64,000 nucleotides of DNA, taken from Elusimicrobiota bacterium (GTDB lineage Bacteria > Elusimicrobiota > Elusimicrobia > F11). Below are positions 21,301-31,416 of this stretch, piece by piece. The notes under the pieces were generated by a model that had not been told where the DNA came from, did no database searches, and saw nothing but the letters and a program-made list of their open reading frames with translations. A program made the translations under genes and the position numbers. Every line of letters starts with the position of its first letter. Positions within the stretch are counted from its first letter, which is position 1. Where the stretch lies: the NCBI GenBank assembly GCA_046153645.1, contig JBJXGI010000099.1, forward strand, positions 14,781 through 78,780, written 5' to 3'.

Positions 21301-23779
21301 TGCAGATCTTTACAAAGATAGTGTTCCGAAAAGTGATGCCAAAGAACAAGCTTTGGCATTGGTTTATACTCTTCAACCAGGTTCTACTGGGACGACCAGA
21401 AACTTATATAGTGCGGCAAGAGATTTTTCTAAGCATGAAGAATTTGTATTTTTCTTGAGCAAAAAAGACAGTTGTGTTACGGGTTGCGGCAAATTTATTT
21501 TCCAGGTTGGTTCAGAAACAGAGTTTCAACAAGCGACAGTTGATTTAGATAATTCCAATATCCCTGCTGCCCCTATTTGGACGGCGATAAAAATCAAACA
21601 ATCAGATTTAAATAATGATGGAACACCAGATACGTGGCAGACCATAACCCCGGGTGTGACAATAACACGTGTCGGAAGCGTTCCAAACTTAAGCCAAATT
21701 TCTCAGATTAAGATGGGCGTACGAAATGATTCTGGAGCGGTTATCACAAACCAGGTTTGGGTAAATGAAATTCATTTAAAAAATCCCAAAGAAAAATTAG
21801 GTCACGCTAAACGAGCCACCTTCAATACTGTTTGGGAAAATTGGATGGATCTCGGTGGGAGTTACCAAGATGTTGATCGAAATTGGCAAACGCCCACAAC
21901 AGCTATTACCAACCAAGACAATACCAGAAGTGACGCTTACGCCAATTTTAATCGTCTTGCATTTTTACCGATGAGTTTTAAGACCACGAGAGATAGAACC
22001 CTAACCCCGTCTGCTTTTCGAGCAAATCAAAACGCACTTGTTTCATTTTTAGAAGAAGGAAGAGTGGAGCGAATTGCGAATGTGTCCAGTGCGAAACTCA
22101 TCATTCCAAAATTGCCTGTTTTGGATTTTAATTATTCCAACGATGAGACTGAAAATACACTGTCTCAACGCAAAGAATTAAATGATACCTTGAGTATTGG
22201 AGCCAGTTACGCATTTCCAAAAATGCTTGATGTTCTTCCGGGGAATTTTTTAACTTTTAGAATTCTTCCTACGAATATGACCTTTACGCACATTAATAAA
22301 ACATCAAAGGTGCGATTTCCTGATGTCAATAAATTGGTTGAATTTAGTATTTCAACCACACCCTTTAATTCGACAAACCTGACCCAAACAAGCTCAGAAA
22401 ATGAGGCGCGTATGAATTTTCGCCCCTGGGAGGGTTTTTCTTTTAACCCCACTTATCGATTAAGGGTTGAAAAAGAGAAAAGAGATTTTCGGGATGATGA
22501 AATTCTTTCGATTGCCGCTTTATCTAATTTGGATAACAGGGAAACGCCTCGATCGATTGTTCAGAATATCTCAGCATCGGGGAATTTAAAACTATTAAAG
22601 TGGTTGGATCCTCGTTATAACTATTCATTTTCAGGAACTGAAACCAATGGTCTTCCCACGTTGACCAATACCACTGCTTATTCTTTAAAAACAATTACTC
22701 GAAATAGTCAGGGAGAAATTTCTGGAAATATTCAAGCTTCTCAGGTGTTCACGAGAAGTCTTTTATTAAGGAGCATGAATCTCAATTCAAGTTACAAGGT
22801 TGAAAACGGGGATAGTTACCAAGATGTGCCCGAGGGGTTTAAATGGAGGAGTCAATATTGGGTTGGTAATCCCTTAGCCATTAGCAGTGGAACTGAGGGG
22901 CGGCGAGTTGAGCTAACTGATCGGCGTACTTTTAGAACAGGGATGTCTTGGCAACCATTTGGTGCTTATCAAATTACCAACACGAAAATGAAACTGTTTA
23001 ATACGATGTCTTTGACAGGAAATTATCAAGCCTCAACAGAAGACAGCGAAACAACGGGGTCTGCTAAAAGAGTAACTTCTCTTACCTGGCCCGATTTAAT
23101 TTTAACGATTAATGACATAGAAGATTTATTTAGTATTAAACGTGTCTTGGATAATTCTCGTTTGGTTGTAAAAACAAATAAGAGAGTCACAGAAACAAGA
23201 GCTGTCACCAAAAGCAGATCCAATAATTTGGGATCAGATTATCAATTTCAGTTCTTGAAAAAGTGGGATGTGTCGACGGGATTTAATTTGGCTACTTCAC
23301 GTGATGATAATTTGGTTTCAAATCTTCTAGCTTCTAAGTCAAATACCCTCTCTTATTTCTTACAAACTCGAATTCCTTGGAAAATTTGGGCTTTTACTCC
23401 TCGTTTTGAGAGATCTAAAACCGATACCAAGGATTCAATTCGTACAACGAACGATTTGCTTTCTGAGGTGTATCAGGTCCAAATTTATGGAGATATTAAC
23501 CGACCTGTGGGGTTGCGCATAGGGAGAAGGGAATTGGCTTTGGCCAATCGAGTTATTATTAACTCAACTGTTAAATGGGATAAAAAACGCTCAAGTGTGA
23601 ATCCTGGGTCAAATTATTTAGACACTTATAGCGGTACTCTCTCTGCTGACTACACCATTTCTCAAAATTTCCGAATTGCTTTTGGGGGGAATTTCTCACA
23701 AGAAGTTCATCACCCCGATTTTAAAAAACTTGACCGTCTTATCTTTGGTCTTAATTCTGTTCTCACGATTCAATTCTAA
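18374..23779 (+). CDS. Giant (1801 aa) secreted surface/outer-membrane protein with Asp-rich Ca-binding-like repeats; possible very large beta-barrel
   Basis: TTG start, because the nearby upstream ATG at 18361 is out of frame. Sec signal peptide LFFFGGLLLGPSISVFS. Thrombospondin-type-3-like repeats (DADSDGVLDTEDRIPFDG, DAEDLNGDRVLGTTDF). Amphipathic beta-strand-rich C-terminal half ending …LNSVLTIQF, whose C-terminal Phe is typical of BAM substrates. Confidence 0.55.
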   Translation: MLGNKNIYRTLFFFGGLLLGPSISVFSQSANDSSRFRIGESLEPELEPEKNLPDVPFEFDLKKWNTMRRSIEGESAIEKKAQSVQTSSKTVTSEPPKPAPGLINVELPYESSLSVTGRKVIKLDITNTQITKERASELGGKQNAQTFSMEQELQARIQGTVARKTTINVNFDDTKENVRDFSVVYKGDPDEVVQEAAFGDIVLSLPSTQFVNYNKQLFGLRTALKYKQFGLMAIGSRTKGTTETKRFTGATTRQQVFVNDTAYIRRKFYDLTFSTSPAMLSGPLSGKTILPINDAAVEVIYIEDTTGLLPFPQAQNYDIATPTAPATTINIRMRQLSRGVDYSIDRIRGIVTFTNTIPEDSRVAIDFTLASGERLSSLVAGGVGVLIKDKNPETAGVSQEIKRFYFVGARNINRDNGLGNFIFKVLDKNRDTEIGNTLVPIQRYPDTIEMKFETGIFELERELSFSDLYLSNINTGSPLFAVFSVEYQAILRTYTLRPNIVLQSESVSVNGRKLARDLDYFIDYDIGLITFFNEDLIRESTEIEVTYEFAPFGGVLGETLVGARGMWDVASRSRLPGVGLTKWSAGSTVLYNFATKPTSPPDVRSSAASLLVTEVDSTIEGFKIGKIPFVSKLSIEAARSSQDPNLFGRALIDSMEGVKQEDSSPLLRDSWLVASNPLFGTHNLVTDFRGRDIALSHLRWDEGDTLTSDTNDGGTTQKALTIGYSLNTQNGTTPEQVSMVNIISLSGRDFSKKSTLEVEVEGAGTEGAGVDLIFDYGSFNEDADSDGVLDTEDRIPFDGTLNLGEDNGWLFNGPGNDLSITSSADNTSIGIGAGNARLDAEDLNGDRVLGTTDFPATFSPLFKLSNGLQDSQGNTVSDLSFTGRKLFQIPINLNSLSAEEKARLTAVRQVRLTIRNNNGAAVSKSGSIVLVRLSMVGNSYEPATLSDTVLSTMTVRGINTKDDAGVYSTIIGNGDYADLYKDSVPKSDAKEQALALVYTLQPGSTGTTRNLYSAARDFSKHEEFVFFLSKKDSCVTGCGKFIFQVGSETEFQQATVDLDNSNIPAAPIWTAIKIKQSDLNNDGTPDTWQTITPGVTITRVGSVPNLSQISQIKMGVRNDSGAVITNQVWVNEIHLKNPKEKLGHAKRATFNTVWENWMDLGGSYQDVDRNWQTPTTAITNQDNTRSDAYANFNRLAFLPMSFKTTRDRTLTPSAFRANQNALVSFLEEGRVERIANVSSAKLIIPKLPVLDFNYSNDETENTLSQRKELNDTLSIGASYAFPKMLDVLPGNFLTFRILPTNMTFTHINKTSKVRFPDVNKLVEFSISTTPFNSTNLTQTSSENEARMNFRPWEGFSFNPTYRLRVEKEKRDFRDDEILSIAALSNLDNRETPRSIVQNISASGNLKLLKWLDPRYNYSFSGTETNGLPTLTNTTAYSLKTITRNSQGEISGNIQASQVFTRSLLLRSMNLNSSYKVENGDSYQDVPEGFKWRSQYWVGNPLAISSGTEGRRVELTDRRTFRTGMSWQPFGAYQITNTKMKLFNTMSLTGNYQASTEDSETTGSAKRVTSLTWPDLILTINDIEDLFSIKRVLDNSRLVVKTNKRVTETRAVTKSRSNNLGSDYQFQFLKKWDVSTGFNLATSRDDNLVSNLLASKSNTLSYFLQTRIPWKIWAFTPRFERSKTDTKDSIRTTNDLLSEVYQVQIYGDINRPVGLRIGRRELALANRVIINSTVKWDKKRSSVNPGSNYLDTYSGTLSADYTISQNFRIAFGGNFSQEVHHPDFKKLDRLIFGLNSVLTIQF

Positions 23780-23901
23780 TCGAAAAATATTTTCCAATCC
23801 GCTCTTCTTTTTTTAGAGTTTTAATTGACCTTTCATTTGAGTGAATGATGCCAAAACTTTCCTTTATTTGATTAAATAACACACCCCTTCAGGAGGATTT
23901 T

Positions 23902-24552
23902 ATGAAGGGCGTTTTTTGGTTTTTGTTTAAGCTGTTTTTTCCGGCTTGTTGTCCGGGGTGTAAAAAAGATATGTCGCTCTGTTTTAACGTCCCGGCTTGC
24001 TCATCTTGCGTTGATCAGTTTGAATTCAATCGACATCTTTTCACAACTAAAAATTTAGATTCACTTCATTGTCATTATTTATATAAAGAGCCTCTTCGGT
24101 CATTTATTATTCATTCAAAATATCACGCCAAAGACTATTTATTGCCTTATTTATTAGATCAGGTAACTGTTCTTTTTAGCGGTTTTGATTGCGTTATTTC
24201 AGTTCCCGGTCATCCCATCAAAAATGTTTTGAGAGGGTATAACCCTGCTTCGTTAATTGCTTCTGCTATTTCACGTAAAGCCGGCATTCCATTTAAAGCA
24301 AATTTTATTTCTCGTAAATTATGGAGTAAAAGTCAGAAAAAACTGACTAAAAGTGAAAGGTGGGAAAACTCGCAGGCTTCGTTTTTTATTCATAAATCAA
24401 TACGAAAAAACTGTTTCGGATTGAAAATTTTATTGATTGATGATGTTTGCACAACGAGTTCAACTTTAGAAGTATGTGCAAAAATCCTGAAAAATCAGGG
24501 GGCCAAAGAAGTCCATGGTTGGGCGCTTTGTTATGAAGAATTACAAAAATAG
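23902..24552 (+). CDS. comF: ComF-family phosphoribosyltransferase-domain protein
   Basis: N-terminal double Cys ribbon (CCPGCKK…CSSC) plus a C-terminal PRTase motif ILLIDDVCTTSSTL. Confidence 0.75.
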   Translation: MKGVFWFLFKLFFPACCPGCKKDMSLCFNVPACSSCVDQFEFNRHLFTTKNLDSLHCHYLYKEPLRSFIIHSKYHAKDYLLPYLLDQVTVLFSGFDCVISVPGHPIKNVLRGYNPASLIASAISRKAGIPFKANFISRKLWSKSQKKLTKSERWENSQASFFIHKSIRKNCFGLKILLIDDVCTTSSTLEVCAKILKNQGAKEVHGWALCYEELQK

Positions 24553-24636
24553 CACTTCTAATGATTGACGAATCAATTTTGGAAGGATAAAATGCTGATC
24601 TGTTTTTGATGCGTGGGCTTGAAATCAAACCTGTAG

Positions 24637-25743
<1,107 letters not shown>

Positions 25744-25748
25744 ACTTA

Positions 25749-26975
25749 ATGACCGCATCAATGGAAGCTCCCGTGTCTATTCGAAAAAAGTCATTTAGAG
25801 AATTAAATGTAACTGATCGCCGTGTCCTCGTTAGGGTTGATTTTAATGTCCCTGTCGATAAAAATACGGGTTTGGTAACAGATGATTCTCGTTTGAGAGC
25901 GGCACTTCCTACCATTGAGCGATTATTAGAAAAGAAAGCAAAAGTCATCTTAATTTCACACTTAGGGAGACCAAAGGGGCAGGTGAATCCTAAGTATAGT
26001 CTTAAACCTGTTCTAAAGCCTTTAAGTGATCTTTTAAAATTGCCGGTGCAATTTGCTGATAATTGCGTAGGTCCGTTGGCTTATGAAGCGGTGGCAAAAT
26101 TGAAAGCTGGTGATGTGTTGCTTCTAGAGAATTTACGCTTCCATGAGGGTGAAGAGAAAAATAATCAAGTATTTGCCAAAGATTTGTCTACGATGGCTGA
26201 TTATTTTGTTCAAGATGCTTTTGGAGCCGTCCATAGAGCTCATGCCTCAACAAGCGCGATTACTTCTTTTTTACCTTCTTTTTGTGGTTCACTTCTTGAA
26301 AAAGAGTTGAACTTTCTTGGGAAAGTAAAATCCAACCCTGCGCGTCCTTATGTTGCTATTTTAGGTGGAGCCAAAGTTTCAGATAAAATTGCCATTGTTG
26401 AGTCATTTGTTAATAATGTTGATGTTCTTTTCATCGGTGGTGCGATGGCCTATACTTTTTTACGGGCAAAAGGAATTGAAACTGGCGATTCATTGGTTGA
26501 ACTTGATTTTATTTCTGTTTGTCAAAATATTTTGAAGATCGCAGAAGAAAAAGGTGTAAAAATTATTCTTCCGGTTGATCATAAAATTGTGCAACAAATC
26601 GAAAATCCCTCTCAACTTAAACACACAAATGATGATTCTATTCCGCTTGGTTGGAAAGGTGTGGATATTGGACCTGAAACGTTAAATTTACTTAAACCTG
26701 AATTAGAAAAAGCAAAAACTGTTTTTTGGAATGGACCCTCAGGAATTTTTGAAATAAATGAATTTTCAGTTGGTACAATGACGGTAGCGCATCTTGCGGC
26801 AAAAGCAGCTATGAGGGGAGCGATTGTTGTTGTGGGTGGAGGCGATTCTGTTGCCGCTGTTGTTAAAGCAGGTGTTTCTCAGCAAATAACTTATATTTCT
26901 ACAGGGGGAGGGGCGTCAATGGAATTTCTAGAAGGTAAAGAACTTCCAGGTGTTGTTGCCCTGCCAAATTCATAA
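25749..26975 (+). CDS. pgk: Phosphoglycerate kinase
   Basis: RVLVRVDFNVP, ILISHLGRP, GGGASMEFLEGK. Confidence 0.95.
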   Translation: MTASMEAPVSIRKKSFRELNVTDRRVLVRVDFNVPVDKNTGLVTDDSRLRAALPTIERLLEKKAKVILISHLGRPKGQVNPKYSLKPVLKPLSDLLKLPVQFADNCVGPLAYEAVAKLKAGDVLLLENLRFHEGEEKNNQVFAKDLSTMADYFVQDAFGAVHRAHASTSAITSFLPSFCGSLLEKELNFLGKVKSNPARPYVAILGGAKVSDKIAIVESFVNNVDVLFIGGAMAYTFLRAKGIETGDSLVELDFISVCQNILKIAEEKGVKIILPVDHKIVQQIENPSQLKHTNDDSIPLGWKGVDIGPETLNLLKPELEKAKTVFWNGPSGIFEINEFSVGTMTVAHLAAKAAMRGAIVVVGGGDSVAAVVKAGVSQQITYISTGGGASMEFLEGKELPGVVALPNS

Positions 26976-26978
26976 TTT

Positions 26979-27344
26979 ATGTATCCAATTATTTTAGGTG
27001 TTCATGTTTTAGTTTGTGTTCTTGTTATTTTGATTGTTCTTATTCAAGCTGGACGTAGTGGCGGATTTTCAGGTTTCCTTGGCGCTGGTGGAGGGGATGC
27101 TATTTTTTCAGCTTCCAGCCAACAATCGGGGTTAAGAAAGTTAACTGTTGTTTTGGCGGGCGTTTTCATGCTGACATCAGTTCTTTTAACTGTTTTATCG
27201 AGTCGCCGAGAAGGACGAAGCGTATTTGATCGTCCTTTTGCTACAATTCCTCAGTTTCCAGCTTCTTCTGACGTTAGTTCACAGCCATCGGTTCCAGTTC
27301 CTGTCGATGCCGAAAATGGAACTCAACCGAACGTCGGAAATTAA
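26979..27344 (+). CDS. secG: Preprotein translocase subunit SecG
   Basis: LIVLIQAGRSGGFSGFLGAGGG is the SecG signature. It follows pgk directly, with no tpiA in between. Confidence 0.8.
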   Translation: MYPIILGVHVLVCVLVILIVLIQAGRSGGFSGFLGAGGGDAIFSASSQQSGLRKLTVVLAGVFMLTSVLLTVLSSRREGRSVFDRPFATIPQFPASSDVSSQPSVPVPVDAENGTQPNVGN

Positions 27345-27367
27345 CAGGGTAACAAACAAAGGTTTTT

Positions 27368-27450
27368 GCGCGGGTGGTGAAACTGGCAGACACGCCATCT
27401 TGAGGTGGTGGTGCCCAAAAGGCATGCAGGTTCAAGTCCTGTCCCGCGCA
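27368..27450 (+). tRNA. tRNA-Leu (anticodon GAG), long variable arm, no encoded CCA
   Basis: Manual fold: acceptor GCGCGGG/CCCGCGC, 3-bp D stem, anticodon stem CCATC/GGTGG, loop TTGAGGT, variable arm TGCCCAAAAGGCAT, T arm GCAGG-TTCAAGT-CCTGT. Confidence 0.8.
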
Positions 27451-27472
27451 GTTTTTTTACATAGTAAAAAAA

Positions 27473-27545
27473 CCTTCTAATTGCTCATACTATTTTCTTT
27501 CCATTTTAAAATTAGCATGAGCATGAGAAAATAGTATATAGAAGG
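27473..27545. repeat. AT-rich imperfect palindromic repeat element, copy A (…CTTCTAATTGCTCATACTATTTTCT…AGAAAATAGTAT…)
   Basis: Shares the AATTAGCATGAG(A)AAATAG core with copies at 31417, 31741 and 32215. Lies between tRNA-Leu and tRNA-Gly. Confidence 0.6.
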
Positions 27546-27560
27546 CGGCTTCGCCGCATT

Positions 27561-27634
27561 GCGGGTGTGGTTCAATGGTAGAATGGCTCGTTGCCAACGA
27601 GCAGACGAGGGTTCAATTCCCTTCACCCGCTCCA
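27561..27634 (+). tRNA. tRNA-Gly (anticodon GCC), CCA encoded
   Basis: Acceptor GCGGGTG/CACCCGC, anticodon stem GCTCG/CGAGC, loop TTGCCAA, T arm GAGGG-TTCAATT-CCCTT, 3' TCCA. Confidence 0.9.
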
Positions 27635-27675
27635 CCCTTCTTAAAATAAAAGTTGTTTTTCACTTCTGTAAAAAC

Positions 27676-28593
27676 ATGAACCAATATACGTTAAAAGAAA
27701 AAATTCAAAAGCTTAAAATAGAGCGAAATGCCGTTATTATTGCTCATAACTATGAACTTCCTGAAGTTCAAGATGTGGCTGATTTTGTTGGAGACTCTTT
27801 AGGATTGTCTCAAAAAGCAGCAGCAACCGATGCGGACGTCATTGTTTTTTGCGGAGTTCATTTTATGGCTGAAACAGCTGCCATTCTTGCCCCGCAAAAA
27901 AAAGTTCTTATTCCGGATTTAGGGGCGGGGTGTTCTTTAGCGGCAACAATCACAGCTGACGATTTAAGGAGATGGAAAGCAGAGCATCCTGGCGCAGTGG
28001 TTGTTACTTATGTTAACTCGACGGCGGAAGTTAAAGCTGAATCTGATTACTGTTGTACCTCATCTAATGCGGTAAAGGTTGTAGAGTCTATTTCTCCTGA
28101 AAAAGAAATTTTATTTGCGCCAGATATGTTTTTAGGGCAGTGGGTCAGAATGAAAACGGGTCGAACCGTTCATTTATGGCCAGGTTCTTGTCATGTTCAT
28201 CATCGAATTAAAACCGATGATATTAAGGCGTTGAAAGTTGAACACCCAAAAGCGGAGTTTGTGATGCATCCTGAATGCGGGTGTATGTCAACTTGTTTAC
28301 CTTTGGCTGATAAAGTTTTATCGACCGAAGGAATGGTGCGTTATGCAAAAGAAAGCCCAGCCAAAGAAATGATTGTTGCCACAGAAAATGGAATTTTACA
28401 TCGAATGAAAAAAGAAAACCCTGAAAAAATATTTTATCCATCAACTGAAACAGCTGTTTGCGAATTTATGAAAATGATTACTCTTGAAAAAGTATTGTGG
28501 TCACTTGAAGATTTAAAATATCAGGTCTCTGTTCCTGCCGATATTGCTAAAAAAGCAAAAGTGGCCATCGATCGAATGGTTTCAATTACTTGA
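27676..28593 (+). CDS. nadA: Quinolinate synthase A
   Basis: NAVIIAHNY…FCGVHFMAET…VTYVNS…MHPECGC. The track start at 27559 overlaps tRNA-Gly, so the real start is ATG 27676. Confidence 0.9.
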   Translation: MNQYTLKEKIQKLKIERNAVIIAHNYELPEVQDVADFVGDSLGLSQKAAATDADVIVFCGVHFMAETAAILAPQKKVLIPDLGAGCSLAATITADDLRRWKAEHPGAVVVTYVNSTAEVKAESDYCCTSSNAVKVVESISPEKEILFAPDMFLGQWVRMKTGRTVHLWPGSCHVHHRIKTDDIKALKVEHPKAEFVMHPECGCMSTCLPLADKVLSTEGMVRYAKESPAKEMIVATENGILHRMKKENPEKIFYPSTETAVCEFMKMITLEKVLWSLEDLKYQVSVPADIAKKAKVAIDRMVSIT

Positions 28594-28985
28594 GTTATAT
28601 GGGAACTAAACTAAAATACTTTACATTAAAAGAGGCAGAGAAGTTAATTCCAACTCTCCAGGCGGGCTTTGAAAAAATTCAAGAAATCAGGCTTAAAATT
28701 GAAGAGAAAGTTGAATATTGGAGAAAAGTTCATAAAAAAATGACAGATGTCGATGAAACTCTTTTTCGAAGCCAAGTTGATTTTTTAGTAACTCAGCTAG
28801 ATTCAGAACTTGGAAAAATTGCCGATTTAGGCTGTGTTCCAAAAGATCTTGAGTCAGGGTTGGTTGATTTCCCCGCGAGGATCGATGGAAAAGAAGGTTA
28901 CTTTTGCTGGAAAATTGGTGAGACAACAATTGCTTATTGGCATAATTTAACTGAAGGCTTTTCAGGACGAAGACTCATAAGTTAG
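28590..28985 (+). CDS. Hypothetical protein, DUF2203-like
   Basis: A C-terminal VDFPARIDGKEGYFCWKIGETTIAYWH…GFSGRR block resembles DUF2203. There is no catalytic inference. Confidence 0.35.
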   Translation: MSYMGTKLKYFTLKEAEKLIPTLQAGFEKIQEIRLKIEEKVEYWRKVHKKMTDVDETLFRSQVDFLVTQLDSELGKIADLGCVPKDLESGLVDFPARIDGKEGYFCWKIGETTIAYWHNLTEGFSGRRLIS

Positions 28986-29001
28986 TTAGGAGCATAGATC
29001 G

Positions 29002-29592
29002 ATGAAAAAAATGCAAGAAGCAGAGAAATTAACAGGAAAAGTTGGCGCATTAGCAGAAAATATTGAAGATATTTTACACTTGATTGGAGAGGATAAAACT
29101 CGAGAAGGTTTGGTTAAAACTCCGGGTCGAGTGGCCAAATCGTTATTAGATTTAACGACAGGGTATTCGGTTGATGTCGATGCTCTTATTAATAGAGCCA
29201 TTTTCGACGAAAACTATAATGAAATGGTTGTTGTTAAAGATATTCGATTTTATTCTCTTTGCGAACATCATATGCTGCCTTTTTTTGGGACTGCAGCTGT
29301 TGCCTATATTCCGAATGGAAAAATTATTGGTCTTTCTAAAATTCCTAAGTTGGTAGATGTTTTTTCCAAGCGTTTACAAGTTCAAGAGCGCTTAACTCAA
29401 CAAATTGCCAATACGCTTCAGGAAAAATTAAAACCCTTGGGTGTGGGAGTTGTTATGAAAGCGCGTCATTTGTGCATGGAAATGCGTGGTGCAGAGAGCA
29501 TGGATTCTCCCACGATTACAAGCGCCATGCTGGGAGCTTTTAGAAATAGATCTCAAACCCGAGATGAATTTTTATCCATCATTCATAGTTGA
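29002..29592 (+). CDS. folE: GTP cyclohydrolase I
   Basis: [13 protein letters not shown]…[21 protein letters not shown]. Confidence 0.95.
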   Translation: MKKMQEAEKLTGKVGALAENIEDILHLIGEDKTREGLVKTPGRVAKSLLDLTTGYSVDVDALINRAIFDENYNEMVVVKDIRFYSLCEHHMLPFFGTAAVAYIPNGKIIGLSKIPKLVDVFSKRLQVQERLTQQIANTLQEKLKPLGVGVVMKARHLCMEMRGAESMDSPTITSAMLGAFRNRSQTRDEFLSIIHS

Positions 29593-29599
29593 ATAACTG

Positions 29600-30253
29600 A
29601 TGAGTAGTTTAAAATTTAAAGCAATTATTTTTGATTTAGATGGAACACTGATTGACTCTAGAAGTGATTTAGCCGCCGCCGTCAACTATTCGCTTGAGAG
29701 TTTAGGTAAAAGGAAAAAAAAAGAACAAGATATTATTCCGAACGTTGGAAATGGTCTTGAAAAACTTTTAACAGATGTTTTTGGAAAGATCAGTGTCTCT
29801 GAACTGTCAAAAGCCATTTCATTCTTTAATGAATATTATGCGCATCATTGTCTTGATAAAACAAAGCTTTATGATGGGGTTTTTGAATTTATTAGTGAGA
29901 ATAAGTCCGAAATTGTTTTTTCAGTTGTTACTAATAAGCCTTTTTATTTTTCTGAGAAGATCTTGGGTCATTTTTTCCCCGAAGGTGATTTTCCTGTGAT
30001 AGTGGGGGGAGATTCCACTCCGTATAAAAAACCCTATCCAGAGCCGGTATTGCACGCTCTTCGGTCTCTTAATTTAAGCAATCAAGATGTTTTGATGATT
30101 GGAGACGGAGAGCAAGATATTTTAGCGGCCAAAGCAGCGGGTGTTAAGATTGGATTGGTTACTTATGGGTTTGGTTTTAAAAAAGAAATGCTTACAATGA
30201 ACCCTGATTTTGTTTTTACAAATTTAGCTGAAGTAAAGGAGATATTGACATGA
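29600..30253 (+). CDS. HAD-superfamily hydrolase (phosphoglycolate phosphatase-like)
   Basis: HAD motif I IIFDLDGTLIDS, motif III K…, motif IV GDGEQD. Confidence 0.8.
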   Translation: MSSLKFKAIIFDLDGTLIDSRSDLAAAVNYSLESLGKRKKKEQDIIPNVGNGLEKLLTDVFGKISVSELSKAISFFNEYYAHHCLDKTKLYDGVFEFISENKSEIVFSVVTNKPFYFSEKILGHFFPEGDFPVIVGGDSTPYKKPYPEPVLHALRSLNLSNQDVLMIGDGEQDILAAKAAGVKIGLVTYGFGFKKEMLTMNPDFVFTNLAEVKEILT

Positions 30254-31410
30254 CTGTTGCGCCATTAACAAATGAGGAAATCCTTCGATATTCTCGTCAC
30301 TTAATTCTTCCTGAAGTAGGAAAAGCTGGTCAAGAAAAATTAAAGGCATCGAAAATTTTATTAATTGGATCGGGTGGACTTGGTTCTCCCAATGCTTTGT
30401 ACCTTGCTGCCGCAGGAATCGGTACGATCGGTATTATTGATTTTGATGTGGTGGATCACACCAATTTACAACGTCAGTTATTATTTGGCTCTGATTCTGT
30501 CGGAATTCCAAAAGTAGAGGCCGCTAAAAAAAGAATTCAAGAAATCAACCCCAATACAATTGTAAATGCCTACAACGAAAAATTGTCGAGTGAAAATTCG
30601 ATGAAGCTATTTAAAGACTACGACTTAATTATTGATGGAACTGATAATTTTCCGACTCGCTATCTCACCAATGATACTTGTGTGTTCCTCAATAAGCCTA
30701 ATATTTATGGAAGCATTTTTAGATTCGAAGGCCAGGCCACCGTATTTGCGCCAAAAGAAGGCCCTTGTTACCGGTGCTTGTATCCAGAGCCACCGCCACC
30801 CGGAGAAGTTCCTTCTTGTGCGGAAGGTGGTGTTTTGGGCATTCTCCCTGGTTTGGTTGGAATGATTCAAGCATCTGAAGCTGTTAAATGGATTTTAGGA
30901 AAGGGAACCTCATTGGTAGGAAGGCTTCTCCAAATCAGTGTTCTTGATATGAGTTTTAGAGAAGTGAAAATTAGAAGAGACCCCACTTGCCCTGTTTGTG
31001 GAGATAACCCTACCATTAAAGAATTAATTGATTATGAACAATTCTGTGGTATTGGACTGGGCATGGAAGCTCCTGAAGCCAATACCGATGGCGTCCAGGA
31101 AATAACGGTTGAGGAACTTAAAAATCTTTATGCTAAAAATGGAAAAGCTCTCAATATTATCGATGTGAGAGAACCCTATGAGTATGAAATTTCTAAATTA
31201 CCAGGGACTCAATTAATTCCACTTGGAACGTTGATGGATCACGTTAATGAACTTGATTCAAGTAAAGAATACATCATTCACTGCCGATCAGGAGCCAGAT
31301 CTGCCAAAGCCATTCAGCAACTTCAGAAGTTAGGTTTCAAAAAACTCAAAAATCTGAAGGGTGGAATTAACGCTTACGCAGATATAGATTCTTCGATAGC
31401 GAAATATTAG
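30250..31410 (+). CDS. ThiF/MoeB-type E1-like adenylyltransferase with C-terminal rhodanese domain (MoeZ-like)
   Basis: LLIGSGGLGSP nucleotide loop, CxxC…CPVC zinc motif, C-terminal rhodanese with catalytic HCRSGARS. Confidence 0.85.
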   Translation: MTVAPLTNEEILRYSRHLILPEVGKAGQEKLKASKILLIGSGGLGSPNALYLAAAGIGTIGIIDFDVVDHTNLQRQLLFGSDSVGIPKVEAAKKRIQEINPNTIVNAYNEKLSSENSMKLFKDYDLIIDGTDNFPTRYLTNDTCVFLNKPNIYGSIFRFEGQATVFAPKEGPCYRCLYPEPPPPGEVPSCAEGGVLGILPGLVGMIQASEAVKWILGKGTSLVGRLLQISVLDMSFREVKIRRDPTCPVCGDNPTIKELIDYEQFCGIGLGMEAPEANTDGVQEITVEELKNLYAKNGKALNIIDVREPYEYEISKLPGTQLIPLGTLMDHVNELDSSKEYIIHCRSGARSAKAIQQLQKLGFKKLKNLKGGINAYADIDSSIAKY

Positions 31411-31416
31411 AATGCC

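Noticed and set aside
23780-23901. Possible small RNA or terminator downstream of the 1801-aa gene
   Set aside because: No stable G/C stem plus U-tract or conserved structure is discernible. The region looks like an ordinary AT-rich promoter region for comF.
27559-27675. Track start of nadA at 27559 and the small ORF 27226-27480
   Set aside because: Both run through tRNA-Gly and tRNA-Leu respectively. NadA homology begins at MNQYTLKEK (27676), and the 84-aa ORF has no coding signal.
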